A stretch of 42,839 bases of DNA, taken from contig NC_059433.1 of assembly GCF_021028975.2 (NCBI RefSeq), positions 93,207,162 to 93,250,000 of the forward strand, written 5' to 3'. Below are positions 34,921-42,839 of the stretch, one piece after another. This DNA comes from Sphaerodactylus townsendi. Its lineage: Eukaryota. The stretch's first letter is position 1. Every line of letters begins with the position of its first letter. The translations under genes and the position numbers were made by a program. The notes beneath the pieces were generated by a model. The model saw only the letters and a list, made by a program, of their open reading frames with translations. It made no database searches and was not told the DNA's origin.

Positions 34921-35513
34921 AAACTTATTCTCCCAAACATCCTCTGATCTTACATATCTCTTTGGAAGTATATACATCCTTTCTCCTATCTGCAGTGGTT
35001 TTATGCTGCAATAGTGGTACAACAGGAACATATTTTTGGTAGACAATCTGAATTTCACACTAGGGATTTGCAACTGAATGTTATTATTTGATATTTTTGA
35101 TCGCAATAAATAAATTGCTGTCATGTTTTATCACTGAATTACTTAAAATTGCCACTTTCATTTTTGCTGCCGAGAACTACTGTATTGCTTATTACCGTTG
35201 TTGTTGTTGTTGCTTAGTACTGATCCTGACTTAAAAGCTACCCTTTTTTCTTCTTTGCTGCTCTGTATTCTTTGTTAGGACAATATCTGTCTTTCAAACC
35301 TTTTTTTTTAAAAAATGGATACATTATGTTTTGCTGTGTCTGGGTATACATGGGCTAAAAGATTCTTGTGGAGCAAATGCCTGGGACTTATATGGGAATA
35401 CATATGTATGCTCTGACATGATTCTCTTTTGGTGCCAACAGGAACTGCTAGTCTTCAGGGTTGTTTTAAGGCATCAGAAAGAAGCTTCCTAGTTTCCTAG
35501 TTTGGTGTTTCAG

Positions 35514-36200
35514 AATATTTATTTATATATTTACATTATTTATAATCCACCTTTCTCACTTAGACAAGGACGATTATACAGAGTGAGTCAATACAATCAA
35601 CATGATGGGACATTCAATAAACAGTGAAATATGCTTTGGGTTGTAGAACCAAAGAGAAGTCTAAAAACAATACTGAAGCAAAGCATGAGTGTTAATGTGA
35701 TACATTAAATGATGCAAAATTACAGAATAAGATCCAACCCACAGCAAACTATACACAGTAATACAATCCACAGTCCCCAACAATTTTTCCAAGTAACTTT
35801 GGGATGCTTTTTGTACAGTGCTACCCTATTGCCTGCATAGGAAAGCTTTTTAACAATTCATTTTGCATAGCTTGTGGAAAGCTACGGAGTGGAACCTTCC
35901 TGATGTTATCAGGCAGGCCATTCCCCAAGGAGGTAGCTACAAAACAGAAGTCACATGTTTGGGCAGTTGTTGATTTTGCCCATTTGCTGTTTGGCTCCTG
36001 TTTGGCTGAGCAAAGATTTCATAGCGGAGCACTGGGGAAGAGATGGTCTTGCAGATATAAGGGTCAAAGGCCATGAAGGATTTTTTATATAATAGCCAAC
36101 CTTAAATTAAGCCCAGTAACTGAGGCAGGCAGTGGAGTGACTGTAGAATGGGAGTAATATACATGCTCCATGTAACTCCTGATAACAGCTGAATTGTGGC
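35514..36200 (-). mobile_element. Old L2 3' fragment
   Basis: Minus strand ITPILQSLHCLP..LYLQDHL motifs; ATTT tail at about 35515-35545. Confidence 0.75.
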
Positions 36201-39102
36201 AATCAGTACCATATGGAAAAATGTGTAAAGGAAAAAGAGTCATCCTTTTCCCTCATCATCATACTTACTAAATATAGAATGGATAGTCTATGTAATAGTT
36301 GTTGTTAATCAGTTGTTGAAACTGTTGTATTACCAATGTATGTACAATTCCCATATATAACAGGAAAAAGTTAATCTTGTTTGCTGCATGTATAATCAAT
36401 TATAATCAATTATCTGTGATTATGAAACTATAGGACAAAGTTCCTTTACAATAACAACAGTTCAAAAGCTATGTTGCTTTAGCAAGACACACTTGTAAGT
36501 TCATTAATTGCTACTATTTTTGTTTCCTTTATAAAATAATCGCTGATTCTATTTATTGCATTTACTGGAGTGAAAAGAAATATGAACCAGGCAGAGCAGT
36601 TATTCATATCAGTTTAAGTAACATTTCATTTTCCTCACTGTCTTCATGGCCAGAAATGATGCATATTTCAGTCTCAAATTATGTGCTATTCCTTTTGCGC
36701 CCACCTGTCTCATAATCTACAATCTATAATTATATCAAAGCCTAATTTTAAAAAGTGGCCTCTGCTTTTTTCATTCAGTTATATTTTGAACAGCTTAATT
36801 TTTTTGGATTTTTTTTATCTTGCACACATAAGATCACTCTGAGTTACAGCTAGCTGAAAGACCCTGCTCTCTGTTATGGTATTACCCTATCCCTTGAGAA
36901 AGCTATGATAAATCAGAAGAGATGCCTAGTGCTGGAGAAAGATTTTTGGGTAATATTATAATATAATATCAATAGGATAGGCATTTGCCCCAGCACCAAA
37001 AATAAAAACACAGACAACAGAATGGGTTTAAATAGTTTATTTAACATAACAAATCTACATAATATTCATTTATGCTAAATATTTAAATCTAGCAGGTTGT
37101 GCTAAGCAGCCTGACAAATGGCTGTGTGAGGGGGATGGGGCTCGGCATCTTTCAGCCTATTGTACAGAGATGATAATAAACAAAACTTAAAGATGGTGCT
37201 GGCTGTGTTTGGAATCAAGGTGAGTCTGCCAGAAAAGGTAGCGATGGGCAAGCTGCCTTAGCATAGTCCACCCATTTAAATATGTTAGCATATCTAAACA
37301 ATACAGATCAGTTTAATGAATAAACTAGTTCAACCCAACTGTTGCCTTATGACTTCTTTGAATGGGTACCTGGGGACAACATATGTATAATGCAAGGGAT
37401 CGTCTATGCTAAATTTCAGGAAGACTAGAGAAAGGATCCAAACTTTGCAGCCTATTAAAATTCTTATTTGCATGGAAGGCACAGTGAATAGAGAAATTCT
37501 GTGTGATTTGTGTTCATTTCCTGGGAAGGATCATTTCTGACTTAGAAGGCAGTTTTCTCTGAGCTAGGTTTTAAAACCAGGAATCAGCCAGACTGGAAGA
37601 AAAATATTCTGGAATGGCAAGCACTGGAGCGGACCTACGATTCAGCTTTTCTAGTAGGTACACTTATTGAAAATAGACCATGACCAGAAGGCTGCATAAC
37701 TTTTTCCATACTGAGAAAGGCCTATAGAGGTTATACGCATATGCAAACTTGGAATACATCCATCCCTGTCAGCTATATCATCTCCCAAAGTCCCCTTCAA
37801 CTCCCCTTCCCTTCTGTAACTGAAAAACCATCAGAGACGCCAGAATAAATGGTTCATGAAGACTTTTTGGGAAACTATTACCAATTTTAATTTTTGACAA
37901 TCAGATTAGTCACATTAAACGGATTGAATAAGTACAGGGGATTCAATGTAGGTTTTGATATAATTACTAAATGCACATCTCTAATAATTAAAATCATTTG
38001 TGTGTCCATGAGATTAAAGGCATGGCATACATGAGACTTCAAGTGTGCTTGAAATAACCATTTGTATGAGCTGTCTGACATTTTAAGAAGGTGACAAAGT
38101 GCTACGAGACTCAATTTCAGTTGCAAAACCATCTGATTAATCAAACTATTCTTTCCTGAAGGCATTTGGCAACATACATCTGATATATATCTGCTTCCAG
38201 ATGAGACAGGTCAGCTATCTGGTAGACATTATAGTGTGGAAAGCACTGCCTCTGGGCAGTTCGACTACGTGTCATGTGGATCTAGTTAATCTGGGTCTAT
38301 TAACTGTTTTTATTAAACTTTGACATTAAATGAAATAGTTTAGGAATTCCTTTCCAATATATAACTGTTTTTAAGCTTTGCTGCAGAAGAGTGTTTATAT
38401 ATAAATACAGCTGGAAACTTTTGATTGAAAAGTGTAGAATAGAGCCATTTTAAATTGCCTACAAGGGGCTTCCTGGATCAGAAAAAAATGTTCAGTGCTT
38501 CCCACCCCTCAAAGAAAACAGACCTTTATTTGTGTGGCTGTACCTAGTTTATTACATGGTTGTGATTCTGGGCACACATCTTTGGTGGGACGTAAATCAG
38601 TGGGGGTTATTTCCATTTAGAGGTTTTGGTCAGGGTGAGATGCTTCTGAAGTGAGAAGCAGCAGACTGAAAGGAAGCCTCGTGGGTTCCATTTTGATATC
38701 AGAAATATAAACATCAGTGGTCAGTCCTTGCTCAGACTTGCTCAACAGCATATTTTAGAACAATAGAAAGATTTTACATTTGTTTATTAGGGTTAGCTGG
38801 AGAGAAACAAACAGTGAAAATACCACTACAGCTTATGCTTGCCTGCATGACACTTCAGAGGATGCCAGTTTGGCTCTGTTTACTAAGTTATCTCCATTCC
38901 TCCTTGAAATGGGCTCACCCAGGAGAGTGCGGTTCATAGGGTGGTCTGCAAGAGGATTCTTCACCTATCTTTCTTTTCCCACAGAATCTTTCACTTTTAA
39001 ATGAGAAGCATATCCATATGCAGTTTAGAGGGCTTTCTTCCTGCTAGATCCTGTAAGCCTGTCCTTCTTTAGCTACCCCACTTTTGCCAGCCATGTTTCT
39101 TG

Positions 39103-39502
39103 GGCCCTTTCCGCACGGGGCCAAAAACAGTGGCCCAGGGATGGAAAAACACCAGTCGCTGGGGAGCTGTTCGCAAAGGCGAACCCCCAGCGGCCCCGAG
39201 TGGCGTGAAGGCGCCGCTTTCCACCTCCCTTCCTGAGGGAGGTTTTTGGAAAGTGTGCCTTCCCATCGGCGTGGTGCGAACCACACTGCGCCAAAGGCGC
39301 CGCTTTCCCGTCCCCCCCCACTCATCTCGTCCTCCAGCGTTGGTCTAGAGGGCTGCTGAGACCCGCCCACGCTGCCCTCTGACCCCTGGAGACGGGAGGA
39401 CAGCATGGGTGGGGTCCCTGAAGCCCTCCAGACTGATGCTGGCGGACAAGGTGAGTGGGAGGGGACACAGAAGAGGCGGCTCCATGCGGCATAATTTCTG
39501 CC
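39103..39502. mobile_element. GC-rich Harbinger-type MITE, right end degraded
   Basis: Left TIR GGCCCTTTCCGCACGGGGCC; TTG flanks both ends; large internal hairpin at about 39315-39460. Confidence 0.75.
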
Positions 39503-40390
39503 TTGTTTTTTTTCCCTGTTAACCCAACCCAATGTCATTGGATTCTGACCTCTGCTTGCCTCTTGACTTGGAAGTCTATTTTGTTCTTTTGACCTTTCTA
39601 GCATTTTCCCAGGAGGCAATCCCAGTGACAAGACAGTCACATGACAGTGTTTTGCAAATGGTATATAATTTCTAGTGACGCTTCTCATTTTCCTTACTGA
39701 AATACAGTTTTGGTTCTGCTGATCCAGAATCATAAAGTAGATTTTCTTTCCGAAATATTCTATATCTGAATTGGAATATGGAACCTTCATGTGCACATAG
39801 TTAACAGTAGAACTCTAACTGTATTACCAACAGGTCCACAATATTTTCAGTTGTAATCCTACAGTTATGCTAAATATTTACCAAAATAATAATTTGTCAG
39901 ACTATAGAGGATGATTTGGGTAAAAGTAAATATTGATAGGACTATGGTAGAAGATCTTTTCAGAAAAAAATAGGATAATTCCTTGCATGTGGCAGTTTCA
40001 GGTAATGTGTGAAAGTGGAAATAGAATAAATGTTTAGAGAAATGTTTAGAGAACTTATATGTGAAATGAAAGAATTACCAGTGATAATTAATCCCATATT
40101 ATTGAAAAGAAATTTTAAGGCAGTGGCAATTGTTGGAGGTGCAGATGCTCTAAGAAGCATTTTATTCATTTTTTAACTGTGTAAAATGGAATTTTAAAAA
40201 ATTAATATTACATAATTTAGAGGCGCTGACAGATATAAGAACACCAGATGAGCCCATGACTGTATTTCATTTAAAATAAATTGTTAATAAGGATGATCTG
40301 GGACTAGTAATGAATCTTCTAAAACAGCTAAAATAACAGTCTCTTATTATACAGACAAAAGAGATCTCTCTTGCTCTTTCCTACATCTAT

Positions 40391-40852
40391 GGCTGTTTCC
40401 ACACGGGCCAAAAAAGCCGGTGAAACGACAGTAAAATCAGCATTATGGGCAGGGAGTTTGCACAGCTGCCACTGCAGAAGCGCAGCTGCAGTGATGCAGC
40501 AATGCTCCAGTGGCCCCACAATGGTGTATTAGAAAATCACTCAATGAGTGAGTCTTTACAACAATAGTGCTCCGCAGCTGGCGTCATGTGAAGCACCCAC
40601 CAGGAATCCGGTGCTGCAGAGTCCACCCCCCACAATAGTGGCCCACAAAGGCCAATCCTGGTGCCGAATGCCTATGACATCTACCCCGGGAAAAAAAGAA
40701 CGCCGTTTGCGAAGTGCAGCCATGCAAAGTGCCGGGATTCAGCCAATGCGCTACCTGTCTACAGAGTGCCTGCCCATGTGAATGCTCTGTTGCTGCAGTG
40801 TTGCCAATAACATCAACAGCACAATGCTGTAATTGGCTGTGCAGAAACGGCC
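40391..40852. mobile_element. Harbinger-type MITE (462 bp)
   Basis: TIRs GGCTGTTTCCACACGG / CTGTGCAGAAACGGCC; TSD TAT. Confidence 0.85.
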
Positions 40853-40918
40853 TATGATTATACAGGTTTGGAATGCAAGTGTATAAAATAAGTTAATGGC
40901 TGTGTGAAGGTTGACTTA

Positions 40919-41396
40919 CAGTCCCATTCAAACCCAGAGGTTTTGGGACACTGCACCAAAGTGGAGCCACACTGCTGCTTCCAAGAAGGCTGTCCAGTGG
41001 TACAGGGAGCAGGGAAAAGTCCCCCCACCACCTCCACTGTCGAAAAGCACCATAGGGTATAAAGGACTTATGACATTAAAAATGTGGTGTAAATCTGAGG
41101 GCTGGGGCACAGTGCTCCCAGACCTAAACCTTAAGAGGGAGCCAACTAATGTTGGTGCCATCCTTGGGAATGCCCTGGTCTGCTACCTCCCCACACTGTT
41201 GTCCAAGTGGGACACCAATGCATCCCTATCATAGTCCAGACTTCCAGGTTCTTCAGTGGTGGGGCTGTGGGATGGGTGGCTGCTGGCATGTCTGCTCCAT
41301 CTGCTGGGGTAAGTGCTCAAGGAAGGGTAAGCATGCCACCGCAAGGTTGCGCTGCTCCTGTAAATCCTTTTGGTTCTCCCTTTGGATTTGTGACAG
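40919..41396. mobile_element. Old GC-enriched MITE-like element
   Basis: Imperfect inverted ends GTCCCATTCAAA / TTTGGATTTGTGAC; sharp GC step. Confidence 0.4.
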
Positions 41397-41604
41397 ATTT
41401 TACAATAGCATAAGAACTTATGTATTCACTTTTGTAGATCCAGTTAATTAAAAAGGATGCAGAGAGTATGAAAATGTATTATCTCACTGACATGATCTCA
41501 CAATAATGGAAACTTCCTGGTCAACAGTAAACATAGGTTTGTTGACATCCTAGTGAATTTCTCCATGATGACCAGCAATTCTGAATTGTCAAAACTATAA
41601 CATT

Positions 41605-41690
41605 CAAATCCAACTACTAATCAGGGCTGGCCCTGCTTGGCTTCTGAGATTGAATGAGATCAGGCCAGCCTGGGCTAACCAGGTCAGGGC
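41605..41690 (-). mobile_element. 5S rRNA-derived SINE head fragment
   Basis: Minus strand CCTGATCTCATTCAATCTCAGAAGCCAAGCAGGGCCAGCCCTGATTAGTAGTTGGAT aligns to the 5S internal control region. Confidence 0.75.
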
Positions 41691-42475
41691 AGACATATAG
41701 ACATGATAACTACTGAAGTATTATGGCAGTAAATGCAGCAGTGAGTATCAAGGACATATGCAGCGCAACAAAAATCCAAATCCAGATATGCATATGAGTA
41801 TTACGGTGCACAACATTATGCGGTCATTAAATTGAAGAATGTGGACTGCAACATTTAATACAACAGAATGGAATGATTCAAATTTAGCAATGTAAGTGTT
41901 GGATTTGCACAAAACACACATCACCAAGAAGATATAGTTTTCCCCGCAATTATAAACAAAATAATCAGATTTCAGCATTATATTTTGGGTTTTCATCCCT
42001 TCATGTATCCAATTATCTCAAAACACTCAACACCTAATTCAAGCCAAGTGGCATCACAACATGAATAATTCATTAGGCTTTTTTCTTTATTGAAGCAGCA
42101 TAAACTAAAGATAAATGAAACATATTTTAAATTTTATAATCTACAAAAAATGATATATAGAACTACTTTCACATTAGTTCATTCAATTGTTGCTGTGGAA
42201 TTTTATTTCAAATATCTGAATCCTGCCTAAAGAGGTCAGCTTCTGTGTCGAACTGTAAAATTTCATGCTCAGAAACCGAACATCCACACGCTCTCACTTG
42301 TTTGAACAAATAATTATGTTCAGTGCTTGCTACGCTCACTGCAATAAATTTTGCTTGATTGGATTTCATCCAGAAAAGTTAACTTCATGAACTGATGCAA
42401 GGAAAAAGCAGTTTATACACTAGAGCAAAGCAGGGGAGGATTTGGATATGCAATTTGAGTTGGAGATAAGGAGCT

Positions 42476-42620
42476 GGGGATGCCCCCTTCTAGGTGGAAC
42501 CTGAGGATCCCTTGGAATTATATCTTCTCTCCAGATTATAGACATCAGTTTCCATGGAGAAAATGTATGCTTTGGAGGGTGAACTCTGTGGCACTGTACC
42601 CCATTGAAGTCCCTGTCCTT
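42476..42620 (-). mobile_element. hAT-like non-autonomous element interrupted by a MITE
   Basis: Reverse complement of the 16219-16376 core (TTTGGAGGGTGAACTCTGTGGCA). Confidence 0.65.
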
Positions 42621-42839
42621 GGTCCTTTTCACATGAGCCAATTATCCCGGGGTGGGGATGGGATTAAACCCAGTTTGGGTGGGAATTTGGCACGGTTTCT
42701 GCCACTAAACTTGGTCAATCCCGCTTTAAACCCCCCAAGGCTGGATATTTGAAACTTTTCAAATATCCTGCATTGGCGCTGGGGTTGAATGAACAACACT
42801 GGTGGGGAGGTAGGTTGATGGCGGCTGCGCTGTCCTCTT
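42621..42839. mobile_element. Probable Harbinger-type MITE running off window end
   Basis: GGTCCTTTTCACATGAGCC start resembles family TIR; small hairpins such as GGATATTTGAAA..TTTCAAATATCC. Confidence 0.55.

Noticed and set aside
39044-39796. 250-aa minus-strand ORF
   Set aside because: Crosses a MITE and its flanks; no recognisable domain

Overview
Repeat-rich vertebrate DNA. The repeat repertoire (CR1 with a (TTCTTATG)n tail, L2, MIR/Squam3-like, tRNA- and 5S-derived SINEs) points to a squamate reptile, probably a gecko; this is an inference. No intact gene is recognisable and most listed ORFs are spurious or transposon debris; a few candidate small exons suggest the window may be intronic. 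Contents: a young CR1 3' end, about eleven PIF/Harbinger-type MITEs with 3-bp TSDs, a canonical non-autonomous Helitron, a solo LTR, and many SINE and L2 fragments. The most striking feature is a nested block at 26.4-31.8 kb. An old L2 is split at its endonuclease GDFN codons by a circularly permuted endogenous retrovirus segment ordered env(3')-PPT-single LTR-PBS(Arg)-leader-gag start, with no LTR at either end. That LTR is itself split by a second L2 carrying a 202-bp foldback palindrome. Several template-switch duplications are also visible. All calls were made by eye; no searches were run and family names are provisional.
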